In this document: one piece after another, positions 12,985-24,388 of the stretch
How the letters are laid out: every line of letters starts with the position of its first letter
Position numbering within the stretch: position 1 is the stretch's first letter
DNA from: Wallemia ichthyophaga EXF-994
Lineage: Eukaryota; Fungi; Basidiomycota
Length of the DNA: 32,000 nt
NCBI RefSeq assembly: GCF_000400465.1
Contig: NW_008806277.1
Span: 120,001-152,000, forward strand
Reading direction: 5' to 3'
Position numbers and translations under genes: made by a program
Notes under the pieces: model-generated
What the model saw: only the letters and a program-made list of their open reading frames with translations
Told to the model about the DNA's origin: nothing
Database searches by the model: none

Positions 12985-13676
12985 ATGGCTTCCAAGAATA
13001 TTAAATGCGTAGTGTGAGTTTGTTTGTATTTAAATATAAGCAATAAGCTTATCCAATCTCAACAGCGTCGGCGATGGTGCTGTTGGAAAGACGTGTCTGC
13101 TGATATCTTATACGACGAATCAGTTTCCAGTGGGTTATTTATTGTGTCTGGCGGTTCCATTCACTTAATTGCCTTTAGAGCGATTACGTACCCACCGTCT
13201 TCGACAATTACCAAGCCACGGTCCTTCTCGACGGCAAGCCTGTCCTCCTTGGCCTCTGGGATACTGCCGGTCAGGAGGATTACGACAGGCTGAGGCCCCT
13301 TTCATACCCCCAGACGGACATATTCCTTTGCTGCTTCTCTATCCACTCTCCCGCCTCGTTCGAGAACGTCAAGTACAAGTGGTGGCCGGAAATCTCCCAC
13401 CACGCTCCAGGTGTCCCTATCATCCTCGTCGGCACGAAGCTCGACCTCCGATCCGACCCGCAAGCCGTCAATGCCCTTAGAGCCCGTAGAATGGAGCCCA
13501 TTTCCTTTTCTCAAGGCGTTGAGCTTTCTAAAGACATCAACGCAATCAAGTACCTCGAGTGTTCCGCACTCACCCAAAAAGGCTTGAAAGGCGTCTTCGA
13601 TGAGGCTATCCGTGCCGTTTTGGTGCCTCAGGGACGCAAATCAAAGCGGAAGCAAAGAGGTTGCGTTTTGATTTGA
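12985..13676 (+). CDS. RAC1: Rho-family GTPase, Rac type
   Basis: [10 protein letters not shown][44 protein letters not shown]...[24 protein letters not shown]...[19 protein letters not shown]...GCVLI*. Trp in LGLWD indicates Rac rather than Cdc42; ends in a CaaX box. Confidence 0.88.
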
Positions 13677-13848
13677 TGTTATTCTCTAAACAATCTTGGA
13701 TGGGTTGTAAGCGAATGCTTCTCCACACCTTCTCCTCGTGCTAACGTATACCTCTCCTAAAAACACCGGCACAAGTCTCTTGTAATGTACATACATGAAT
13801 GAAATGAATGAATGAATATATGCATCGTCTTTCTCACTATCTTTTCTT

Positions 13849-15576
13849 TCACCTGTCCGGCGCCCCTATCCTTCCATGCTGCTGTTCCGACAGCAGGTAA
13901 GACTCGCACTGGCTTTGTGAGCCAAGGGGATATCTCAGCTGCCACAGGAGAACCAATTGATTGATAGCCTGCATCTGAGGACCAGGTTTGAGTTGCAAGA
14001 GGGTAAGGATGCGTTTACCGTCTACCAGAGGTCTCGACTCAAGTTCATGTGGGAGTTGAAGCATGTCGAGAGCAGCCTGCGTAAAAGAATTGTATGTGCC
14101 AACAATGCTGGTGATTTCCCCAGCCTTCAAAGCGTCGTCTGTGCAACCACCTGCGTAAAACGGCTCTGCGAGTTCCTTAGTGAGAGCGAAAAGTAGAGAA
14201 GCATTCCAATGTGTGCCTTGTACCGGACGATGAATGTGACCACTCCGTAAAGCACACGCGACAGCTACCCTGTCGCTTTTATCCACACTCCGCACATCTC
14301 TCTCCAGCTGCGCGCACGCCTGCACAAGATTATCCACATGACTTCTCTCCGCATTGCCCAGTTTGAGCCCATTGCTGATGATGGACGCGGGTGCACTCAC
14401 CTCCTTCTTCTTCTCGCGCACTGCCTTGCCGAAATAGGGAAGGAGCGCAACTGCCATCCATAGACGGCGGGTGAGTGTGGCATCGTGGAGCACTGCGCTG
14501 AACTGCTCACTCACCGCTGTGCTCAGCCCAAGTGTGTGCGGCGCGTGCAGCAGAAGGTGCAGGATGTGTCCGCCAGCCACCGCATATGAGGCTGATGAGG
14601 ATCGCAGTGACTGTATATTTTCTTCTCTACCTTGCCTAACATCCTCCACACCCACACTCCACCCAAACACCACGTCGTGCATCTGCGTATGTGCCAGGTT
14701 CTCCAGTGCGCTGAGTGGGCGGGATGAATTAAGCATTTTATCCACCTCGATACCGATGCGCTCGCGCGAGACATTCTCACATACGCCTTTTCGAATATCG
14801 CCGTGTCTAGCGGCGAGTATAATCTCCTGATCGAGAGCAAAGCCGTAACGAGTAGCGAATCGGATGCAACGAAGAACGCGAAGGGGGTCGTCAGCGAAAG
14901 TGGTAGCGGGGTGCAAAGGCGTGCGTACGAGACCTCTCTCTAGATCTTGCACACCACGCCCAGTGTAATCCTCCACTTGTCGCGTATGGATGTTGTAAAA
15001 CAGCGCATTGATCGTGATGTCACGTCGTAACGCATCTTCCTCCGCCGTCCCCAGGTTCATCTGAGGGATACGACTGCCCGTTGCGTACGTCTCTGAGCGT
15101 AGATTGACGAAATCTACCTCGTACCCCAGGAATTTCATCCTCGCTGTTTCGAGATGTTTGCTTTGGTCGGGGTTAGCGTTTATGCGTGCTATGGATATCT
15201 TGGTGGGTTTTTCGGGCGTGCCACTATCGCTGATATCGTGCACAGCGTGTGCTTCGATATACTTTGCCAACGCCTCAGCGAATGGTAGCCCATTCATTGG
15301 GGTTATGGCCACATCTATGTCGTCGGACGGCTTTCCAAGCAGCTTGTCACGCACCCACCCACCAGCTATACGCAGCTCTAGCTGACGCAGTGCACTATCC
15401 GACGTTCGCAACTCCGCCGTACACCCATTCAACACCTCACATAACCTCTGCTCACTCCTCGTCAAATCTATCATTGTCTTTGGGTTGCTTGCAATTTTCG
15501 GATTTCTCGGTTTTAGCCGCCCTGCTGCCGTTCGAAGCCCGCGTATTATGATGGCGTGGTGGTATCGACTAGACAC
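13849..15576 (-). CDS. CCA1: CCA tRNA nucleotidyltransferase
   Basis: Intronless 575-aa ORF: RIAGGWVRDKLLG, DIDVA, NPDQSKHLETA, DFVNLRSETY, RRDITINALFYN, DDPLRVLRCIRFA, VSRERIGIEVDKM. Confidence 0.95.
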   Translation of the reverse strand: MSSRYHHAIIIRGLRTAAGRLKPRNPKIASNPKTMIDLTRSEQRLCEVLNGCTAELRTSDSALRQLELRIAGGWVRDKLLGKPSDDIDVAITPMNGLPFAEALAKYIEAHAVHDISDSGTPEKPTKISIARINANPDQSKHLETARMKFLGYEVDFVNLRSETYATGSRIPQMNLGTAEEDALRRDITINALFYNIHTRQVEDYTGRGVQDLERGLVRTPLHPATTFADDPLRVLRCIRFATRYGFALDQEIILAARHGDIRKGVCENVSRERIGIEVDKMLNSSRPLSALENLAHTQMHDVVFGWSVGVEDVRQGREENIQSLRSSSASYAVAGGHILHLLLHAPHTLGLSTAVSEQFSAVLHDATLTRRLWMAVALLPYFGKAVREKKKEVSAPASIISNGLKLGNAERSHVDNLVQACAQLERDVRSVDKSDRVAVACALRSGHIHRPVQGTHWNASLLFALTKELAEPFYAGGCTDDALKAGEITSIVGTYNSFTQAALDMLQLPHELESRPLVDGKRILTLLQLKPGPQMQAINQLVLLWQLRYPLGSQSQCESYLLSEQQHGRIGAPDR

Positions 15577-15678
15577 AAAACACAGGACAAGTAAAAACTA
15601 TCAAATGTATTGCTTGTAACAATTTGTATGCAGAAATATTAAAGTTTTCCGTATTATTGATTATTGATTATCGGCTGG

Positions 15679-15699
15679 GTATCTTGTATCTTGTATCTT
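15679..15699. repeat. (GTATCTT)x3 short tandem repeat between CCA1 and PAC1
   Basis: gtatctt-gtatctt-gtatctt read directly from the sequence. Confidence 0.75.
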
Positions 15700-15843
15700 G
15701 ACGTGGTGTAGAGTAGTCTAGAGTTGTTTCGAGGGGGCAAAAAAGGAACGACGAGGAGAACGAAACTTAGAACGAGATCAAAGGAGTGTGGAACGAGATT
15801 AACATTTAAAAGAGGAGCAAAACGTGATCATTTTCCATCTCTT

Positions 15844-17506
15844 TCAAGGTGTCCAAATCTACAAAAACATCGTTAGTAAACGCTTCAATAATCCACATTG
15901 TACGCTTCACCCACCTTAATAGTCCCATCTGAGCTAGCAGAAGCGATCACATTCAGTGGTCGTATCACAGTGTGTTCTTCTTTTTCTTCTTCTCGCTGGT
16001 GAACACTACGCAAGACATCGCCACTACTCATCGAACGCATGGTTGGGGGAGGATGAGGCATGCTGAACCTCCGATTAAGATTGTTGTTGTTGTTTTTACC
16101 CAAACCCATGCTCTTGCTCACTCCAACTTCAGGCATCGCTTGTCTCCCCCAACTGAGAGTGTTGACGAAATTCCTGTGTGCAGCTTCGATAGTCCGCGTG
16201 CACCGGCCCGTTGCGAGATCCCATATCTTGATTGACTTGTCTTCTGAGCAGGAGAGTAAATGGGTTCCAACTGGGTGGAACACTATGCTCTTCACCCAAT
16301 TGTCATGTCCATTGAAGGTATACACACATTGGAACGACGAAGTATCCCACAGTTTGACAGACTTATCACGCGATGCTGTGGCTAAGTATCTGTTGCGAGA
16401 TTGTGATTGCGATTGTGAGTGGGTCTTGTTATTAGGTATCCCATTGGTGCTCGCACTTCCACTAGCACGGTTATCCCGATTACTACCAGTACCACTTTCG
16501 CCTATCAATTGGTGGATATTAGCAATTGAGGTGGTTGGGGCCCAAGCGACAGACTCGACGACATGCTCATGGCCTCTCAATTCGCTCACAGTGGTGCCTG
16601 TAGCGGTATCGACAACCATTGCAGTCTGATCAGAGGAAGCGGTAGCGAGCAAGCTCGAGTCATCCGACGGGAGCACGACTCTGATCCAATCAGAGTGAGG
16701 GTGTATAGAGCGAGTGCAGTAACCTGTATGCACATCCCAGAAGCGGATTGATTCATCTCTTCCACACGAAATGAGCGTGTTGGTGTTGCTATCACTGAGG
16801 AAGCGCACGCAGCTCACACTCTCGTCGTGGCCGTAGAGTGTCTTGGTATTGGAGTACTCGCCTAGCGCATCCCATAGCTTGATGGAGGTGTCTGAGGAGC
16901 AGCTGGCGAGGAGTGTGCCGGTAGCGTCGTAGTCTACGTCAAGCACTGCCTTTGTGTGCCCTTTAAGCGTACGCTCACACTCTCCCACATCCCAGTCCCA
17001 GATCTTCACTGAACAATCGTCTGAAGCCGACGCTAAGAGGACGAACTTTGGGTGGAAAGAGAGAGCAACAACGGCAGATCTGTGGCCTGAGAGGGTGTGC
17101 TTGGGGAGTGAAGGGAGGAAGTGGGCCGTATTGTGCCTCTTTGTGGCCATTGCAGGGGTAGAAAGTTCGCTGGAAAGCTGGGAATTCTTGGATTCAAGTT
17201 CCATGACCTGTAGGGAGGGAGTGAGGGGAGTACACGCCGCTAATCACGCTCAGCGCACCTTCCTCTGCAATCTAATCACCGAAGTCCACTTTTTCTCCAA
17301 TAAACCGGCGTATTTTGCAGTGGGATCGAGCTTAATATCGTCCAAGCCAGCATCCAGCCTTAAAGCGCGTGCACTGTCTTCGTATCCGCAAGACTGGAGA
17401 TAGTCGAGTAGAGATTTGTGGCTAGATTATAGATGAGCGAGCGAAAAAAGATATGGGAGATAGCCACGCACAGCTCGTCCCTTTGCCGATCAGATAGGGG
17501 TGACAT
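15844..17506 (-). CDS. PAC1: LIS1/NudF/Pac1 dynein regulator (LisH, coiled coil, WD40)
   Basis: Spliced N-terminus MSPLSDRQRDELHKSLLDYLQS...[26 protein letters not shown]; seven WD repeats; last intron leads to IWTP* (stop 15844-15846). Confidence 0.93.
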
Positions 17507-17750
17507 CTCTCGAAATAAAATATCAGTGATGGTTGTTATGGTTTAGAGCGCGTCATCGGTGTTGGAGAGGCGTGAAGGGGGAATTGGAGGAGAAGGAGGA
17601 GATGTAGAGATGAGCAATATACGCCGAGGAAAATAAGCAAGTCGATTGGTGGAAAATTGATTAAAATTTGCTTGGAATGTTTAAAGGTGATTTTTAGTCT
17701 GTGCACACTGATTAGCGTCTTGAGTCACGACGACGAAGAGAGAGGAATCG

Positions 17751-18823
17751 ATGGCAGCAGCAACAGCGTCAGCGTCACCAGTGATAAACAATCTAAACCC
17801 AGGCCAGTATGTTGGATTCGATTCGTGGGTTTTGTATAAATCACAGGGACTATCTGACAGCACACAGCATTACCCGCCAAATCGAGACTAAACTTCTCAA
17901 GCGTGGTTTTCAATTTAATGTTATGGTCCGTAGAAGCCTCGGAATCAATCAAATCTCACTCACCCCGCTCTCAGGTCGTCGGCCAAACTGGTCTCGGAAA
18001 ATCCACTCTAGTAAACACGCTATTCGCATCACAGCTGATCGATTCAAAGGGACGCTTGAACCCCGACGAGCAATCACGCTCTACCACTGAAATTCAGACT
18101 GTCTCCCACGTTGTCCAGGAAAATGGCGTTCGACTCCGCTTAAACATCGTAGACACCCCTGGCTTCGGCGATCACGTAAACAATGATGGCTGCTGGGAAC
18201 CTATCGTCAAATATATCAAAGACCAGCACTCTGCTTACCTCCGTAAGGAACTCACTGCGATGCGTGACAAGTACATTGTAGACACCCGAGTACACGCTTG
18301 TGTCTACTTTATCAACCCCTCTGGCCATAGTTTACGCCCTATCGACGTTATTGTCATGAAAAAGTTGGCTGAAGTCGTCAACGTTATACCTGTCATCGCC
18401 AAATCTGACTCTTTAACCTTAACCGAGCGTGAAGCGTTCAAGTCGAGAATCGCTTCTGAATTGGCTTACCACCAGATTAAAATGTATCCTTTTGACGCCG
18501 AAGACGACGATAGAGACGAGAGAGACATCAACGAAGGTGTCCGCGAAACTCTCCCTTTCGCTATTATTGGCTCACAGAAGACTCTCAACGTTAACGGCAA
18601 TCAGGTTAGAGGGCGTAAAACGCGTTGGGGCGTGATTGATGTTGAGAATGAAGACCACTGCGAATTTGTTAAGCTTCGTAACTTCCTCACTAGAACTCAC
18701 CTACAAGATCTCATCGAAACTACTGCGCAAATCCACTACGAGGCTTTTAGATCGAAGCAGCTGCTCGCTCTCAAGAACCAGGCTAACACCCCGTCTAAGC
18801 CTCAAGAAACTGCTTCTCCATGA
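17751..18823 (+). CDS. CDC10: Septin, Cdc10 group
   Basis: MAAATASASPVINNLNPGQYVGFDS-intron-ITRQIETKLLKRGFQFNVM-intron-VVGQTGLGKSTLVNTLF; DTPGFGD, AKSD and GRKTRWG motifs; no C-terminal coiled coil. Confidence 0.92.
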
Positions 18824-18934
18824 GTATGTGTTTGATATACCCTGAAATGAGCCAATGAGCCACTTGATTGTGTTAAGATTTTCACTTGTCTTGTCTAATT
18901 CCTTTTACATATACAATGCTTGTTGAATTTAACC

Positions 18935-19892
18935 ATGATGAGTGTCTTTAGTAAGGGTGCAGGGAATGTGCTGTTTAAAATGGACAGTGATATGCTTCTC
19001 AGAGTGAGGATGGATAAGGATGGAGAAGGGTGTATCGATAGCGAGGAGGAGTACGACGATGTTATCAGGAAAATTTTACCGTGGCTCAATCCTGCGCAGT
19101 TTCTGAGTGTGGATAATGACCAGCTGAAAGCGCTGGATCCTGACAACGCATATCACCTCACAACCTCAGCCCAAGTCACTGAAAATCTTATCAAGGAGTA
19201 TGATTTGGTGGTGGAAATAAAGGTGGGTGGTTGATCATATGTTTTGGCATCAGTCAGCTCACTCTCAGTAGCCAAAATGGGCATCTCTTCCTAATCCACT
19301 CTCTGTGGGTCTGAGACACTCGCGTATGAAGCTCAAGTGTAGCTTCCAGAGCGAGCGCTTGTTCTCGGAAAGCAGGCAGGAGCAGCTGGAAGAGCTATCT
19401 GGATTGATAGATGGTGATAGTAAGTTTCTCACTGTGTTTTCTAAAGGCAGGAAAGTGAGAATGGATAGTGAGACAATAGCCGGTAGACTACAGGAAGCGC
19501 TCAACGATAGCGGCGTTATGCGGGCTATAAAGTACTACCAGCTATACAGCGATCCCTTGGATATACAGCACATCTACCCGCTGGTCAAAGATACCAACAC
19601 ATGCAACCCATCCACCTCGTTTTTACGTGGCGTCATTAACAAGATACCAAAGCACCCGGGACTTCCGACGTGGGGGGATTTGAAGGCTTTTGGGGGAAGT
19701 CTGAGTGGGGAGGAGCTGCTCTACCTCTATTCATTATCGATGACGTTGCGCGATGTGTCTGTGTTAGTGAGATTGTCGCCAGAGACACAGCCAAAGGTGA
19801 AGGTAGTAGACGCAGACTACAAATGTCTATCTAGAATACACAAGTGGTATGAAAGTGACTGTAAATTAAATAATTTTCACGCGACCGGATAA
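18935..19892 (+). CDS. IPK1: Inositol-pentakisphosphate 2-kinase (Ipk1 family)
   Basis: MMSVFSKGAGNVLF...LLRVR; an intron joins VVEIK to PKW; SLSMTLRDVSVLV and VKVVDADYK motifs. Confidence 0.8.
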
Positions 19893-19943
19893 CCGGGTGT
19901 ATGACGGTGCATCACCAGATTAGCCTCTCACTCGCACACCACT

Positions 19944-20806
19944 ATGAACGCACTAAACTCACTGAAAATCAACGCCAACGTTACAAACTCATTAGAGTTG
20001 TTGAAATACACTAATGGTAGAGATAAAGTGTATCGCACGGCGCAATACGCAGCACGTTTACTCGCGTGGTTCTACTCGCGCTACGGTATTCCACAGGGCA
20101 CATTCGCAGGTGTCAGTCTCGATGCCATCAAGGGTGTTTTGAGTACATCGAGGAAGCTGATGCGTCTCGGCAAGCCAGTTGAAACGCTCACAGCAGCACT
20201 CAAGACGCTCGACGGCACGAGCAACAACGACATAATCGCCAGATCGCTCTCCGTGATTAGGAACCTCAACTACACTATCTTCCTCTCTTTTGATGGGTTG
20301 ATTTGGTTACATTCTACTAAGATACGCTGCGTGCAGAAATCTACCAATGAGAGATTCATCAGAAACGCTTACACGTTCTGGGCACTCGGCTTACTCTCTG
20401 GTGTTCTCTCTGGCGCTTACAAGGAGCAGATGCTGTCGCGCACCCTCCTCAAGGCTCGTAGACAAGCTCTGAGCGATGAGAAAGATGGTAATGCTAACGT
20501 TGAAAGGGTCGTTAGGTGGGCTCTTTGCTGATTGGCGGACTTTATGCTCTTACTCACTACCTTTACAGCCAACGCGCTTCTTCACGCAAAGCCATGCTTG
20601 AAGATGCCCTCAATCTGCTCATTCCTGTTAAGGGTCTCGATCTGTTTAATATCAACGAAGGTTTCGTTGGCGCAGCAGGGTGAGTCGGAGTCTCTGGCGT
20701 ACTAATTGCTTACTTAACCAACCCCCTCAGCCTCGTTACTTCACTTATGGGCTTACAGTCCCAATGGCACTCTGCCAGCGCTAGTACGGTTACAGCTAGT
20801 AAGTAG
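19944..20806 (+). CDS. PEX11: Peroxin 11
   Basis: TNGRDKVYRTAQYAARLLAW, STSRKLMRLGK, FLSFDGLIWL, FWALGL. Two 3' introns lead to DALNLLIPVKGLDLFNINEGFVGAAGLVTSLMGLQSQW...*. Confidence 0.9.
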
Positions 20807-20939
20807 AGCTGGAATGTGAATCTTAATGAGCATCTGTACAAATATCTGATTTCAATTTCAAACATTTATCATTCCAGCGTCATGTCCTTCTTCCACTACC
20901 GAATATACACAAATACAGTTTTAGATTAGAATAGGCCGA

Positions 20940-22357
20940 ATGAGCATTATAAGTCTGGATAAATATTTTGAAGCAGCAGTATTACCTCCGCTATCACCCA
21001 GCATAATAGTGCAGTGTCTCGAGCAAGAGAAATGGCTAGTGAGGATCGGCGAGGGGTTATTGAATGCATTTCTGGTAAAATTTCCTTGGTTGGAATAGCG
21101 GGGATTGCGCACTGTCTAATGCACAATTCATAACAGCTAGACTATATCTGCTGCAACCATCCCAATTTGGACGTTGGAGCAGTCTTGATGCACCTCACAG
21201 CACCCGCGCTGCTCGCTTGTCTGCTCGACAGTCTTGGTGTGTCTGAACTCAAATCCGAGGAGCGCAAGAAGAGGGCTTTGTACGCGTGAGTGGGCGAGAG
21301 TGACCTCAGCGTTGTCTCACCGTTCTCATTTTCATTGGGGCTATCTACCGCGAACTAAGCCACGATAAACTCGTCAAGTGGCTGCACGATGTGTATCACC
21401 CGCACATTCAACTCGCTGTGCATGACCCTAAGAGGTGCACCAGCCAGGTTATCTCACTCGACGACAGCGACAGCGAGAGTGGGAGTGATGAGAGCGAGGA
21501 GAACTGGGTGCAGGCTGTAGAGGCTTCTTTCGGCGACCTTTCCATGTGCGATACTGGGGAAACCACCATGTCCTCGCAGGATAACCCCTCCCCACCCACT
21601 AGTAGTACCACGAACACCACTAAAACCTCCCCAAACAACGATTTTGCACTTACAGATCTCGTTTCTACCCTATCGAACATTGTCAACCACTTTGAAAACG
21701 ACATGGAGGATCCCTACAAGAGCGAGCGGTATCATTTCCTCAGAATACTCAGAATAAAGGCGCAGGTGCACAACACAAAGAAGGTTGATCGACCAATGGC
21801 TGAATTAGGCCTAGACGTCGGTCACCATGAGCTGCAGTTCCACGAGGCTATCCAGAGCATGCCCAGCTTCCCCTCACACTACCCACCCCCACTTCCTTGG
21901 CTTTCTGATAAAGGAATCTTTGAGACACTCACACCGCGATGTTTATACCCGAGACAGCAATCCATATTCGACAATGAGAGATTGGAGTTTCTCGGCGACA
22001 CCGTTTTGGAGACCATAGTAGTGAGTTGGTTGGGTTGCTTGTGGATTGAGAGGATTCAGACTAAATTATCATCCCCAGACAGACGCGATATTCGACAAAT
22101 TCCCTAAATACCAGCCATGGGATCTCACCAAACTTAGACGAAAGCTGGTAACCAACAACTTTTTCAGCTTCTTCAGCGATCTTTATGGATTGTTTGATAA
22201 ACTACGCGGTTCTCGCACACTTCATCCCAAGAGAAAGGCTGATGTATTCGAAGCATATATCGGTGCGCTGTACAGGGAGTCCGGACACATTTATACCAAT
22301 AAGTGGCTCGTTGAGTTGCTCGAGCCTTTCATTTTCCAGTTTGCTGAGCAGATATGA
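20940..22357 (+). CDS. Tandem RNase III domain protein (degenerate N-terminal domain plus canonical C-terminal domain, no dsRBD), about 417 aa
   Basis: Proposed exons 20940-21074, 21137-21285, 21330-22020, 22079-22357 (1254 nt, phases consistent). C-domain: NERLEFLGDTVLE...FPKYQPWDLTKLRRKLVTN...KADVFEAYIGALYRE. N-domain: EKWLVRIGEGLL...DYICCNHPNLDVGAV...KRALYAFIGAIYRE. Intron 2 needs either a non-canonical AT acceptor (21328-21329) or the AG at 21358-21359. Confidence 0.8.
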
Positions 22358-22490
22358 GACGGTACATTGTGCAGTGTTTATACCACCAAAATGAGATACC
22401 ACGATACGTTATAAAATTATCAATTCAAACATTCAAACTTTATAAATATATTCTAAAAGTACACATTGTCTGTCTATCCACATAGCTTGG

Positions 22491-23145
22491 CTAGTTGTTT
22501 TGCGACCATTTGTATTCACATTTCGTGCACGTATAAAAAACAGTAGATCTGCGCGTTGTTTTGTTAGTTGATTAAGTTGCTATGCGAGATTTCTCGATAG
22601 CTCGATCGATTGAATCCTAAACTGTGTATACGCACCCTTCGTCAGCCGAGCCTGGAGGAGTATTGTCAGTAAGGGATTTATGGGAGTGGAGGGAGTGTGG
22701 TGATTGTAGCTAGTGCTACACTACCCTCACAAAACTCACGCAGTTGTAAAGTTTGGAACGTAGCCTTGTCGTGTCCGCAGCTTGGACACTTCTCATCAAT
22801 CTAAAGGACTATTGTCAGCTAAATCTGTAGTATTGTGTCATTAGTCACCTCCGCTCCCGTCGCTTTCGCACCGTCTGCAAGCGTATTCACAACGAGCGAC
22901 TTCTTGAGGTGGAGTGCGGAGGGAAATGCGTTTGGATGTGAACGCGTTTCAATGTTCAAGTTTTCGTACGCTGCGTTTTGCAATCTGATTAGCCAGTATT
23001 CGTATACCCACTTAACTCCCAACACACCTGCACCATTCTCTACTAATCCACACTCTTCACAATTTATCTTGTCATCGTCCGCTGGCGGATTGAGAAGACT
23101 CCCACAACGCTCGCAGAATAATAAACTTCCGATCCTGTTGCTCAT
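22491..23145 (-). CDS. RPA12: RNA polymerase I subunit A12
   Basis: IGSLLFCERCGSLL...CEECG zinc ribbon; four introns; IDEKCPSCGH...FQTLQLRSADEGSTVFYTCTKCEYKWSQNN* (stop 22491-22493). Confidence 0.93.
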
Positions 23146-23248
23146 GTCTTCTCTTTTGGTTAGAGTGCAAGATAATCAAGGCATTTGAAATTGAAAATAT
23201 AATAAAATGTGCTTCTATACAATGTGCTATGTCATGAGGTAATTTATT

Positions 23249-24325
23249 TTACACTGATTGTTTTGCTTGATTCGTTTGGTTCGTTTGATTGTTACGAACC
23301 TGCTGGTCTGGCATCTTGAACATGGGGATCGTGCGTGTGTCGCTTGATACTTCTTGAGAAACGTGCTTGGCTTTGCTTCCAATGGCCATCTTGGCAGTGC
23401 CCTTTTCCAGCCCCTGCAGCAAGACACATGCCTTACACAGTTCGTTCGATGATATGTAACCACACCTCTGACACTTCTGTTGCTTAGGCAACGCATCCTG
23501 AACTACTTCTGATATCCGTATGTTCTCAGCAGAGTGAATAATGTCGATAATCGTAGATGGTCGCAGTGCTTCCAGGTCTTTGATATATGTTCTAGCAAAA
23601 CCTCGATACGCTTCTGGAGAATAGATACACTCTGTGGAGAAGTAGTCTAGTTTCTTGAAGTAAGCATACATGACAATTTCCTTCTCGTAAGTGTATTTGA
23701 ATGGTTTTGATCTGTTGATAGTGTCTTCTCCGCGAGTTGTTATCTCAACACACCTCCCCAGTCTGCTCACATCGCCTCTGAGGATGTTCATCAGTACTGT
23801 CTCTGCAACATCGTCCGCGTTGTGACCGGTGACGATGTGGCTGATGTTCAAACTCGATGCACCTCTATCGAGCGCCTGTCTACGGAACACGCCACAGAAA
23901 GTGCAGTTATTCTTCTTGCCTACTGCCTCCACTATACGATCCATAGTCCAGCCATAGAGCTCGTTGTAGCTGAGTATCTTGAGTGGCAATTGATACTGCT
24001 CCTTATTCCTCTTAACCGTTTCCAAACTATCGTCTCTATAGCCGGTAATACCTTCGTCAATCGATAGCAAGAAGAGCTCGAGGCCATAATCGTGTCTCTC
24101 GTTGAGTGTTTTCATAACATGCGCGAGTACTGTTGAGTCTTTTCCACCAGATGCTCCAATCGCTACGCGCTCTCCTCGTTTAAAAGTATTTGCATCGCTT
24201 ATCGTCTTGTGTATTTCCTCCTCAAACGCAAAGAAGAAGCATTCCTTGCAAACCTGCTGTCCAGTCTTTGGACGCTTAATCATTGCTCTGTTGTTGCTGC
24301 ATAGCTGACACGGCCTCGGTGGCAT
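23249..24325 (-). CDS. NCS6: Cytoplasmic tRNA 2-thiolation protein 1
   Basis: Intronless 358 aa: [90 protein letters not shown]. Confidence 0.96.
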   Translation of the reverse strand: MPPRPCQLCSNNRAMIKRPKTGQQVCKECFFFAFEEEIHKTISDANTFKRGERVAIGASGGKDSTVLAHVMKTLNERHDYGLELFLLSIDEGITGYRDDSLETVKRNKEQYQLPLKILSYNELYGWTMDRIVEAVGKKNNCTFCGVFRRQALDRGASSLNISHIVTGHNADDVAETVLMNILRGDVSRLGRCVEITTRGEDTINRSKPFKYTYEKEIVMYAYFKKLDYFSTECIYSPEAYRGFARTYIKDLEALRPSTIIDIIHSAENIRISEVVQDALPKQQKCQRCGYISSNELCKACVLLQGLEKGTAKMAIGSKAKHVSQEVSSDTRTIPMFKMPDQQVRNNQTNQTNQAKQSV

Positions 24326-24388
24326 TTTTAGATATTTTAGTGATGGAAGTTCTGTTGCAACTCAACGGCGATCTGCAAATCAATTGGA

